Assembly: GCF_964355755.1 (NCBI RefSeq)
Contig: NC_092673.1
Location: forward strand, 6,696,001 to 6,760,000
Direction of reading: 5' to 3'
DNA: 64,000 nt
DNA from: Antedon mediterranea
Taxonomy: Eukaryota > Animalia > Echinodermata
The notes beneath the pieces are model-generated. The model searched no databases and was not told where the DNA came from. It saw only the letters and a program-made list of their open reading frames with translations. The position numbers were made by a program, and so were the translations under genes. Of the stretch, positions 11,622-23,940 are shown in pieces. The stretch's first letter is position 1. Every line of letters starts with the position of its first letter.

Positions 11622-14597
11622 TTAAAAAATGTATATATAAATTTGACTCATTCTTCCCTGATTTTACAAAAAAATATATATATATATAATAGGCCTAAAT
11701 GGAACATGTTCATTATGCTGCAAAATAAGATTTTCTATATACCATTAAGTCTAGAATACCTTATTAACTTAGAAAAGTCCAGATATAAAATCGTTTATCA
11801 AAACAGATTGTCTTATTATAATAACAATAATAGATAATAATTAATAATCATAAATGTATAGGTCATTTTGTATATCTATTAAATCGTTTACCCTGACAGC
11901 TTTCATTGACATTCTCTGAAATTAAAAATTATAATTCAAATTCGTTATTATTATATGATTATTATTAAGATTCCGATTAAGATATCAATGAATACTATTA
12001 CGGCACCAGTATGGCAATCAAAAGACCACCCCACAAGAAAAATGTCTCAAGGTTAACATTGCCAGTGTACTACATGGTATATACAATGGATTAATACAAT
12101 GACATACGGGCTAAGCAGCGGTAGTTATTACGCGCACTGAAGGACGCGTGCCAGGCCCCCTTTAACTTTTGTTTGGGGGTATAATTGCACGTATTCAACG
12201 TTTTAGGAGGGCTCAACCAAATTAATATTCGTCTATTAATAATATAAATTTGATTAATCAGATATTTCATCAAACAACTATATCTTCACTTATAATTGGC
12301 ATAAAAAATATTAAAATATTAAACTGTGGTTTTTTAAAAACTGAAACAGATTTCATTTAATAACTTTAAAAAAGACATGTACACATCTGTTAAGTATTTA
12401 AAATCTGTTGAATGTATTGTATTTAGGAAAATGTACGACTAAACGATAGTAATTATACTCAATTATTACATTGTTTCGAGCAATTTATAAAAATGAGTTT
12501 TATGAAAAACATTTAGCTAAATTGATCTTCATGACCTTTGCGTTTTCGTTTACTTCGCAATCGTATAGTGTTGGCTTCGATCATTATGCCATTTTATATT
12601 ATTCAAACAAAATGAAATATAATTATTTAATATAATTTAATTTTATACACTGAACACAAGATTCGCTTGCAGAAGCTTCTCTTTTATGCAAAAAATATGT
12701 ATTATATAAATATTAATATAATAGGCCTATTGTTTGAATGGTTTGCATCCCGAAATCAATATTATGTTGATATATAGTTTGCGGTACACCACGTATACAT
12801 AGTTCTGAGAAGAATGCTGAGTTCCTCTCAAAAAAATTGTTCTTCTCTTAAAAGTTCCTCTCTAACTTCAGAAGAACCTCAGAGTTGGCCGTGAGAAAAA
12901 ACATTCGTTTCTTTCTCTTTACTTGAAAGTTTTCACATAATACTTATTTCTCCTGAATAGAAGAGTCGCAAAGAAGGGTCAATTAAATACCGTCTCCGCG
13001 TGGGACCCAAGGCCTCAAAATGAATAAAAAAGAAAATCCTGTACAAAAGATAGGTCGTTATTTGGAGGGTTAGTGTGTGTTTGTGGGTGGTGGGGGGGGG
13101 GGGAGAGATGTCATGGGGGTTCAGGGAAGGAGAGGAGTCATGATTGTCATTGTGTTCTTGTATGTGTTGGTACTGTTGTTGATATGTCAATCTGTTTCTT
13201 TATTCGTTTTATTATCAATTAATTTAAGTATTATTTTAAAGCCATAATAACGCTTATTCAAATAATGTAAATACACTCGGGAACGAAAGATCACATGACT
13301 GGATTTGATATCAACATCTCACTCAGATCATCGTTTAATTACCCGCCTAACAAAGTATTTCAAATCGCAATCAATTAAATACTTTCCTTAACGAAGCATA
13401 AAACCTGTGGCATGAAAAACATATCAATAGAGTGATCGTGCAGATCTGCATATAATACATCTATTGATTTAGATGTACTTTGGCAGTGCCCTGGGAAATC
13501 AAGCAAAGTAACCACGTTACTACGATCCTGACGCTTCTTGAATGTAATCCCTGCAAACTTTTACAATAACATAGACAACGATATTCAACTCACCAATACA
13601 GAGTAGAATACCAACAGCCAATGAACAATATTCTTATACGATCATTCTTATTAACCATTTGATCTTCCCCGTGACATATGTTCAGCGTCTTGAATTTTCC
13701 GATAAAACGTTTGTTCTAGACACGATACAAAAATTACTGCACACTATTAATACCTCATTTATACGGTCATCAGTTTTATTGGACGTGTTGACTTAAAGTC
13801 GTTGGAAATCTAAGCCCAGGCTGGCTTCGGGCTAGACTGGTCAATTGCACGGCGTGTGCGTTCCATATCATCCCGTGCCAAACATGCATTGTAGGCGGCA
13901 TAATAATAATTAGAACCAACGCTATAACACGTTTGTTATGTAAAGTAGTCATAATTGAAAACGAGTTCCAATGAAGCAGTTACAATGTACTTAGATTACT
14001 AAGAAAAGTAACAGATTTAAAAGTGTTATAAATGTTTATGAAATACAAATCTTTGCAATTAACATAGGCCTAATAACAAAAAAATAATAAACCCGATTTT
14101 GGTGTTGCAGCGCGGTGAAGCAAAATAAGCGTCATTAAATAAATCTTTATTTTAAAAGTGGTGCTACAAGAATGTTTTTCTTATTTTTTATAACTAGAAG
14201 CTCATTTCTACATTTGTGGCATTTTTATTAGAAGGAAGAACATGGTAATTGAAAGAACATTCAATTTTATATACATATTACAAATAGTTACCTTAACGAT
14301 TGTAAATCACTGAAAATCAGTAAAATTTATTTTACCGCGGTAGAAAAATAGGTGGGATTATTAGTAATTTTGTTGCAACGGAAGTCATTATACAATAACA
14401 TACATGTTAAACCTGGAGCTACCCTCACATGCTCGTGTAATGTAACACCAGAGACTGCACTCTTCCTTGGTTAAACCTAACCTGCTTATGTTTTTTTACA
14501 AACCATTTAGAAATAGAAAATTGTATTCATTATTAATAATGATAACCCTACCGACCTACATAATGTTTAAGGCTATCACCTAAAATTGTAATAACAA

Positions 14598-14800
14598 AGA
14601 TGTATTCACCCCCCCCCCCCCCCCACCAAAAAAAATATGAATGAAGATTACTAAAACAAGACTTTGAATAGATCATGTTTAGTGTTAATAAAGCTAATCA
14701 ATTCTGTAGGGGAAAAAACAAAAAAAAATTGTTCACTATGGTTAATGGTTAAATTCAACTGCTGAAAGTTTTTTTTTCAGGTAAATTATTTTTGTTCGAT
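14598..14800 (-). mobile_element. Kolobok-like MITE, partial inverted copy
   Basis: agatgtattcacccc terminus followed by reverse-complement internal blocks (atgaagatta, agactttgaata, aatggttaaatt, ttttcaggtaaa). Confidence 0.6.
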
Positions 14801-15555
14801 TATTTCAAGGGCACACTGTAAGGATATGGTAATGCTAAGAAAGAGCATCTTTTGATGTTCGCGTTGACAGTTTATTTTATTATTAAGACATTGAAATTAT
14901 TATTTTGTTTTACCTTTGTTATATTTTGTTTCTGTATATTGAGTTAAGTTTATTTCATTTACTTTTTTGTTATTGATGTTAACATTTTCAAGATTTCAAT
15001 TTATTTTCCAAATTGTAATCACTATTTTATAAAATGTTTAAAAAATAGAGGGAAAAACAAAAGATCAAAGCTCGTTTTTATGGCTACCCTAAATGTTCAC
15101 TACTGAACGAGAAAAAAATGAAATTAATTTCACTCTTCCTTGATTGAACTTATTACTTTGCAAACCGTAAAATAATTTACTGCGTGAGTGAATTACGTCA
15201 CGTTGAAAGGAATTTACTCATGATTTAAATTTCCTTACGTTTTGCATAACGTCTGTCCGCATCTTACTTTAAGACAAATGATACCATATCATTTGCATTC
15301 ATTATCAACGACGAATTCAGAACATCTTCATTTCAATTACTATATCCGTTATCAATGTACAATACACGCATTTGTATCATTACTACAAACAGTAGACTCC
15401 TAAAAGAAAATCTCTGTCGGAAGTTAAACGAAAAGTATGGTTTACTAGTCTTTGTTCAAAGCCAATACATTGAGGATTTTAAGTAATATTTAAGATAAGA
15501 ATCGAGTGATACTGAATGAACTGAGTATCAATGATAATAAATGGTGTTAGTTGGG

Positions 15556-15869
15556 AACAAGTACACTATTTTCAGTTACTATTAATTTACTTTTGATAAA
15601 ATGTAAACAATATAATTACATATAACAACATAAATCGTTAATTGACCATTATAAAACACAGATTGGTTTGAGATTTGGGATGGGAAACTATTCAATACAT
15701 TGTGACCTCTTAGAGAAATTACCCTGCTATATCAAAAGGCCAACAGCCATAAGTCGCGTGCTAAAACGCATAGTGATACCGGACCGACAGACAGACCGAC
15801 AGACCGAAATACCGACAGACCGACCGACCGACATAGTGAACTATAGAGTCGCGTCCACGCGACTAAAAA
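15556..15869. mobile_element. Helentron-associated (HINE/DINE-1-like) non-autonomous element
   Basis: AACAAG start, (GACA/GACC)n microsatellite 15781-15832, terminal hairpin AGTCGCGT-CC-ACGCGACT (15847-15864) followed by an A run; the 5' boundary is approximate. Confidence 0.65.
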
Positions 15870-16082
15870 CAATTACAATACTTTTGTTTAGGATGGAAAC
15901 ACGTCAAACTGTTTAGCAGCACTAAACACTTTTAAACACATCAAGTTTTCTCTTTGTTGATGTTATTGTTTTATGTAAATACATGCTCTTTATTCTTATA
16001 TATATTAGGCTGTAGTATAATTTTAAAAATACATCCTTTTTCAAGTTTCAGGTAAATTATTATTATTTAAAAAAAAATCTTA

Positions 16083-16400
16083 TTACCATCTTTACTGAGG
16101 GTAGCCTATCCAGTTCCAATAGAACTGATCATTTAGGGCCCTCGATAAAACATACATACAGTACAACACATACAATATTAAATATTCAAATGACATAATA
16201 TAGGCCTATAAATTTACAATGATTATATAAAATTTATATAGAAGTTAAAATCGTTGACAGATAAAATATATATACATAGTACAAACAGTATTAACTGGAA
16301 ATAAATTCTTTAAGTTCACGTTTAAAGGATATAATATTTTCAGATTGTCGAATAATTTTAGGAATCATATTAAAATACATAGTATACTATTGCAATATAG
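16083..16400 (-). mobile_element. 3' fragment of an L2/CR1-group LINE
   Basis: Minus-strand 16380-16291 reads MYFNMIPKIIRQSENIISFKRELKEFISS*, resembling the WN.LP..IR...S...FK..LK C-terminus of L2/CR1 ORF2; followed by a 3' UTR-like tail. Confidence 0.6.
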
Positions 16401-17889
16401 AACAACTGAAACATGTTAAAGAATGGCAAAAATGACACGAATTAAGCATCAAATTGTTTTCTAATGTTGGTTAAGTGAAATTAATTAATAATATAAATTT
16501 GTTATACTTTTCTCCAGTTCCAGATAAAATATGATAAAATGTTTGTGCAATATGAAAAACTCACGAACGTAAAAAAAACCCGAAAAAACTCACGAATTAA
16601 GCATCTTGAATTTCGTGCGAAAAATAATTATCTTAGTGTTAAACGAATAAATCCATGCGTTGAAAGGAACACTCTTGCTTATCGGATGAGTTACAGACCT
16701 GATGACGCGTTTAAAACATTTGTAAGTGTGTAATCAAAATAGTCTGTAAACACTATAAAGATTTGTTATGTTTTTATCATGTACAATATGCACTCGCCAT
16801 CAATCCAAGTCTTAACTTGATTCCAGACGTAACTGATAAACGTAGCAACACACGGCCTTATCGTTTGATTTAACGCGAGCACGATTGTCCATACGTACCT
16901 CACTTTCTACAAAAAGTAATGATATAATTTTGATCAAATACAACATGCAAATAATATCAAAACATAATTGCAATTTCAATCTAATTGACTAAGTTTTTTA
17001 GTAATAACTGTTAAGTGTAATTGATATCGATTAGCCGTTTTTATTTCTAATCCTCTGTTTCGAAAAGTGGTGTATAATTGTGTGCACATTTTCATCATGA
17101 AATTAAGATTAAAATTAGCTTAGCTTAAGTCAAGAAAGATGATTTTGATATTTTATTATATTCTATGGCGTAGGTGTATAAGTAGTATCGGTACAGTCTT
17201 CAATTTCTGAAACTGATTTAAATAATCTTTCTCCTTAAAATAATTATAAAAGAATACTTCTCGGAAATATTATCTTTAATTCAAATCTTCGTAATAATGA
17301 TAATTAATAGTGTATGTTTTTTTTTCTGATTATAGACAAATTAAGTAAATTTAACAAAACAATTGTTGTACAATCATCGCAAAAATAAATTATCGTAAAA
17401 AAACGGTCGCACATGTTGGTCTTTTAAAGAATGTTTCCAGTAAGGTATAAAGGAATCAGTTTCGTTTGTACGCGCGCCTATTCATATTTTCATTTATGTT
17501 TTTCGCAAACCAATTGCGCAACCAATCAATTCGCCCGAAAAAGCTCTAATTGTAAAAAGATACACTCTAAATTAAACACACAACTAATTGCAATATTAAA
17601 ATATTCATCAAGAAATTTAAATGTTGTTGAGCAGTTTTTTCTTTGTCCTGATGTAAATAAATATTTAAAATTAAATAAACAATAACAATAATAGAAAAAT
17701 AATAATGACACAATGTGATTGAGCTTACAGAATATATATCGATCTTGTCAATTTCTAAAATGTCTGTAAGAGAAAGAGAAAGATTTATTATTATTTCAAC
17801 GTAAATAAGTTACTATTAGGCCTATACAAATAAATTTAAAAAAAAGATATCAGCCGACTTAAAGTTTGTTATAATGATGCTTTCCGGAG

Positions 17890-18065
17890 GTTGTTGGGAC
17901 AACCCATATTTGTTGATGGATTCAAACATGTACTACAAATGGAGAGAGGCACTATATACCAATAGATAAAAGCTTTGGTCCTCTCTCCTTCATCTTTTTT
18001 GTTTTCTTTGTAATGTATTATACCATATGGACAATTGTCTGAAATAAAAGTTGAATTGAAATAAT
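17890..18065 (+). mobile_element. LINE-like 3' end with stem-loop and (TTGAA)n tail
   Basis: Hairpin GGAGAGAGG(17941)...CCTCTCTCC(17988), then AATAAA and TTGAATTGAA; a similar tail lies near 7820-7850. Confidence 0.45.
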
Positions 18066-18957
18066 GAATGTTTATGGGTTGAATGGAATGGGAGTAGAGT
18101 ATTTCATTAGTTAAAAGATTGACTGTTTTATTAAACCTATGGAAATATTCTCCATATTCAACGAATAATTATGAAATATTCATTATTATTTTATCAACAC
18201 ACCTATTAAACCAAACTTTTATTTAAATTAATCCATCTTTTGTCTTGAATTTAATGCTATACGCTAGCACTGTGAAATAGAGGTGATTAGGTTTTGACCG
18301 CGGAGTTATGGACGGTGCATATTGAAGATTGGATTTCGATCGCGCATTTACCAGCCTATAGCGTAAAACAAATTCTCAAAATGTTTAAAAAATCTTAGCA
18401 TGCAATAGTTTTCCAATTATTGAAATGGAAAATGATAATGCACGCCTAGTGAGAAAAATCAATACATTTCCTTGAAATATATTGTTCAGTTCTTAATCTA
18501 TAACAACATTCATAATATCTTATAGGCCAGCCATCTGTCGAAACGTATTATTATTATCTAATTTTATATATCTCTCTCTCTCTCACTCTCTATTAAATTC
18601 TATACGATAATGTAAAAACAATTAATTAAAATATGAAACTATATCAATTTATTTACAGTCGTTTAATCAAGCAAGTTTCAATCAACGGATTATGGAAATG
18701 ATGTGTAATATTTCTTATAAAATTGCAAACGGGACGTATTCTGTTGAGTTTAATTGTTGCGTAGTATCAACGACGAAAGCTTTTTATCTGCAAGACCTGT
18801 TCGGGAATTTTAACTAGGACATTTCATTAAAGGTAGAACATCTTACAGAAATAATGCACTTTAAATATTCTAGTATAAATGTACAATTCTGGTTGAAAAA
18901 TCATTTTCAGTGTGATTATTCATGTATTCGAAAAATAGTTTTGATTTATATTAGCTA

Positions 18958-19241
18958 AGATATATTTTTCTCCGAAAAAAAAAAAAATTTTAAAACATTG
19001 TTGTTGAACATGCTACTTAATTTCACAAATATAAATATTTAACTGTAGTTTTATATTTTAATATTTAACTGTAGTTTTATATTTTTTTTGGTTAAATTAA
19101 ACAGTTTATTTTGTCTTCTTATAAGAGAAATCAACATTTTGTAATTTTTTATCGGAAAAAGTGAATAACTTGTTTTTAAAAAAATGGTCTATTTAAAGTC
19201 TCACTCTTAAAATCTTCTTTTTTTACAGTAGGCCTACATCT
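18958..19241 (+). mobile_element. Kolobok-like MITE, strongly decayed copy
   Basis: agatatattt start, ttgttgaacatgc, ttggttaaattaa, aagtgaataactt, tacatct end. Confidence 0.45.
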
Positions 19242-19632
19242 TTGAAATTGTCTTTTTTAGTATAATGTATATCATTATATATTAAGATATTCTTTAATTT
19301 TAATATCAGTTAGTTGTAAAATAATATAACATTGTATAATTACTTTAAAAAATATGAAATTAATCGTGTATTTAATTTATTGTGTATTAATGCATTATTT
19401 GTTTATTTTTTTAACAAAATAAATAATAACAACATTTATTGAAGATCAACAGACATTTTACATTGTTTATGGTCAAGACACACAGAAGCCAAAGTGGCTT
19501 GTCTTTGTAGTCCCTAAGCATAAAACATAAAACATAGACGGACGCATTACAATTACAAAAAAAAATAACATTTTGAGACAGAAAAAGAAAAAAACAAAGT
19601 GAGATCAAGCAAAATAGTTACAACTCCATGAT

Positions 19633-19820
19633 GCAATGTACCTCTCCAATTTGGACCACCGTCGGATTTCAGAGATCTCGCTTCTGATGTCTACGGCTGA
19701 CTTTGGCAGCCAGCCGCAGCCGTAAGTCAGTCCTGGACATGCCCGGTGTCCATTTAGGCTGTACAGTATGTACACCGATTGGTTGAGGAGTGGACTGGTC
19801 CACAATTGGAGGGGTCATGC
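19633..19820. mobile_element. GC-rich MITE-like element with about 25-bp imperfect TIRs and internal hairpins
   Basis: GCAATGTACCTCTCCAATTTGGACCA vs TGGTCCACAATTGGAGGGGTCATGC. Confidence 0.6.
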
Positions 19821-21139
19821 CTCTTAGGCGTTAAATCTAAAATATAATGTAAGCATAATATGCAGGCAATAGGTAACAATAATTTTAATGATCTTATAAG
19901 CTAGCAATATGTTTCAAATATCACCTTTCTTCTTTTTTCTTTTTTCTTTTCTGTATCAACGTTTAAACAAAAAACATTCTCTGTTTTTTAATTATTGTCT
20001 ATTTAGATTTATCATAGACGGCAAAGTAAGCAAGTTGATAAACAAGTTTACAATAGTGTATAGGTTATGTTGTTTCAATTCTACCTTTACGTTGAGTTAA
20101 GTTACAAGAATATTTAAATTTAATAAATTTTTTTTTTTATATAATTTGGTTTGATTTATTCAACACAAATTTTTAAAGAATGTCAAATGACAACTTAACC
20201 TGTTAGAAAACTTTTCTTTAACGATTTTCTCCCAAAAAATAATTCCACATTTTTTTAATACGTTGTCACATAATAGTTATTCACTTTTTTAAGTAAGAAA
20301 AATCAATAGTAAATAGGCTTTCTTTGGCGAAATCAAGTTATTCTGCATAAGTGGAAAACTTTTTCAAAAACAAGGCAATGTAATTTTCGAAGTCTGCCAA
20401 TTGTATTCATTCTTATGTTCTATGTTTTCTTGGACAAAACAACAGAAATAAATAAATAAATAAATATATAAATAAATACAAAAATGAACATAATTTCGAA
20501 TTAATTAAGGAAATACAAATGATAGTTAAAATTTAAATTATAATTAATTATGAAAAAAATGTTAAAAGCCTAATATAATGATAAAAACAAAATAGATATG
20601 AAAATTTAAAAAGAAATAATTTAGAAAGTATTAGTTACATTATAAATAATAAATGGGCCTGCAATCAGAAATGTACCCTCTACAATAATTCACACCAAAT
20701 ACAATAATCTATTTATAAATCAATTTAAGAAAATGTTCTCTCAACATTGCTAAACATCAACTGTATATCAATGATATTAAACCGATTTATTCATAAGGGT
20801 GATTAAGATATGTAATATCATAATGAGTAGTTTATTTGTATAGTGTTGTTTTTCGATGTTTCGTTAAAAAATAGATCAAATATCTGAATTAAAAATTAAT
20901 GAATTATAATGTTATTTTAGAAATGAGTATATACTTCCAAACTATTGATTGAAATATAATATTATATTAACATTTCTATTGTATGCTTATATTTACATTT
21001 AAGATTATTTTTTCAAATTGAGGCCCACACATTTTTTATTTATAGACAATCGAATTTAATTTTGTATGTTATGTTTAATAAAAGAAGATACAGAAAAAAA
21101 ACAAACAAATAATGATTTTTTGGTTGTTATTATTTCAGT

Positions 21140-21680
21140 ACGTATGGTGTGTACCAGCAGCTTTAATTTGATTTATTATACAAATTTAAATGTTTCAAAC
21201 TATGTCTACATATACATTAATTGTGTATGTCTGTAATTTTATAAACAAATATAAAGTAAACAAAATAAAATATAAGCAAAGTACGGGATTTTCTTTTGCA
21301 AATATCTGTACGTAAATGGTGTGTAAAACAAGTGTATTTGTTTACTTTACAGATGAGATGTTTAAAACTATTGGACTGATATTAGATTTCTATTGCTATA
21401 CTAATTAGGAATATAACGTTTAACCAAAAAAAATTAATAACGCAATACACTACTGGAATTTTTTTTGTAAACAGTCTGTAAGAAAATGGTGTATAAAAAA
21501 ACGTACGGCAAACCATTTTACACATTTAGATGTTTCAAGCTATAGATAATACATAATAGTTTAGGTTGTGTTTAGTACCGGGTGCTGTATTATTTTATAA
21601 GAGAAGCTAAAAACAAAATATGAAAATGTCAAAAGACTATATGTAAATAGTGTGTAAAACAGTGTACCACAGTACTACAG
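21140..21680. repeat. Degenerate tandem repeat, period about 168 bp (about 3 units)
   Basis: Recurring (aa)atggtgtgta(aaac) at about 21144, 21315, 21485 and 21645, and atgtttcaa.cta-like blocks at about 21190, 21358 and 21530. Confidence 0.55.
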
Positions 21681-23766
21681 CATCTGGATGGGCTGGTGAT
21701 ACAACAGCTAAACCGACATAATGAGCTAAACACGCGCATGCGCACCGTTCTAATACATGGGATAAAGCCTGTCTACACGATCATATTTAAATTATTACCT
21801 GCACTGGAAGCTGATTTCGACAAGTAGAATTTATCAACCCTTCTCACACACAAGTAGGTTGAACAGCCATCATTAAGAGGCATCAGTATCAACGAAAAAT
21901 CATACGCGAAAAAATTGAAGATTTCGATTGGTGAGGATGATGGCATCGCCACAGCAGGAGCACGAAATGTTACTGAGTATCTTACAGGGCGGAGGTACGT
22001 TGCAACTCGCTGGCTTTTCTTCAACTTTTTTAATCATCATCTTTTTCTAATTTCTTAATATTTCCATCATTTATATATTAGTTATTTGTTTGAGATAAAT
22101 TAGTTTTTTTTTTAATATTGAAGACCGACTAATTTATGAAATTAGTTTTGTGTAGCACTTTAGAAGATTGCATGGAGTACTTCGCTATCAATTAGACTAA
22201 TGAGCTATGTGTATTTCGTAGACGGGACATGAGTATTCTTATTCAACTTGTAACATCACAGGCAGGCTAAATATTTACAAGAGAAATTAACGTTAATATA
22301 AATTATGTGGGTATAGTGCGGTGGTATTATGTAGAAATGCTTTTACATTCGGTGACATTTATGGGTTCGGTACGTTTACGGTTGTCGGAATAACTCTACG
22401 ATCGTATCTTATTCTTTCGCCGTAAGTATGACACTAATTTTACGTAATGTGCTAAACGTTATTTGTTTATATTAATTTGTATCACCTACTTTATACCATC
22501 TATTCTAACAGTTGATAAAAATTATACCGTACATTAACTTTCAATATTTTTATTTTTTCGTTTGTAACCGCAGTATACCAATAATTAAGGATATTATTAC
22601 ATTAAGTTAAGGAGTGATAAACACCTTTAAGTTGATGTATATTCATAACTTGTGATTAGTGTACAATGATATAATGATGTATCTTGTTTTATAATATACC
22701 GTAATATGCTTAGGACTATATATTTCATTTATTTTCTTAACTCTATACTTAATAATTTTATATAATAAGTATGTTTAAAATCATATTATAAAAAAAAAAA
22801 TTATTACTATTAACTATACTTATGATTCGTAAGATTGCAACCTTTATATAAATACTTTATCTTGATACTTTCGTTACGGTATTTTACATGCCGTGCTTAT
22901 GAACGCTATGGAATACCAGTCTGTTCACAATTTGGCGTACGCCCCTATATATGAAATATAAAAACTATAGCTAAATAATAATTTTTTTAATGAAATTGAA
23001 AAAAATGAATTAGGCCTAAACTAATATAAATTATAAAATGTCAATTAATTGAAAAATTCAAAATACTTAGATCAGTCCAAAAATATTGAAAAAATGCGTT
23101 TATCAATATTTTTTTATTTAATTATGATTGATAAATAATCAAAACAATTCGGAATCATTATTCTGTTCAAGTCAAAAGTATTACTAATAGACTACTTGTT
23201 TTTATAATCCTTAGTTTTATATAATTTAGGTATTTTTAAAGATTATATTTTATTTTGTAGTCAACTTGTGTTAACTTTCTGTCAGTAAGAGATACAGTGC
23301 TTGTTCAGTTGGCCATTATTCTCGGAGAATTTGGTAATGATCAGTTGGTTATTTCTTTGTTGCTTATCTGTTGAATTTTGCGATCTTTTACCGACCAAAA
23401 GTCAGAATAGTTAATGTCTTTTACTATAGCTAGAAATATTTGGAATGCGATTGCTTCGGTGTTAAAAAAAAACCAAGAATACATATTACTATTAGTCCTA
23501 TTGACTTTTATATAGTAGTAGGTATACAGTTATTTATGATACTGTATTTATTTATTACAGCAGACTAGATACTGAGTAAATCACACAGCACCCGAAATCC
23601 GTCGGCGGTCTATCTTGTTTATCGTATAGCCTATGTTGCTATATTGTACACTACAGTATTTTCTTTCGTAATATTTATTATAGTTTTGTGTCTTTTCTTT
23701 ATTATGAGAGTGAGGATTTGGTAGAGCCTAATTTTAGCTAATATAATAATATAATAATATAATTAT

Positions 23767-23940
23767 ATAAATCCAAAGGCAAATTACTGAAAAAATGACA
23801 ATGCTGTGGGTATCAGTGGCTGGATCTCAATGGAGATACAAAAATAAAAAGTGAAAAGCTAAATCAAAACGATAAAGTAAACAGCCAGAAAAGTTAGCAG
23901 AGCTTTCGGGCAACACTAGCCCTTCATCAGTGCATCAGTG
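23767..23940 (-). mobile_element. Penelope-like retroelement terminal (pLTR) fragment
   Basis: About 150 bp shared in inverted orientation with 29132-29282; contains a hammerhead core, as is typical of Penelope pLTRs. Confidence 0.75.
23897..23933 (-). ncRNA. Minimal type I hammerhead ribozyme
   Basis: Minus strand GCA-CUGAUGA-A-GGGC-UAGUGUU-GCCC-GAAA-GC-UC-UGC: both catalytic boxes, stem II GGGC/GCCC, palindromic AGCU stem III and short stem I GCA/UGC. Confidence 0.7.

Noticed and set aside
16695-16730. Possible second hammerhead at CTGATGA (16699)
   Set aside because: No stem II/GAAA box follows
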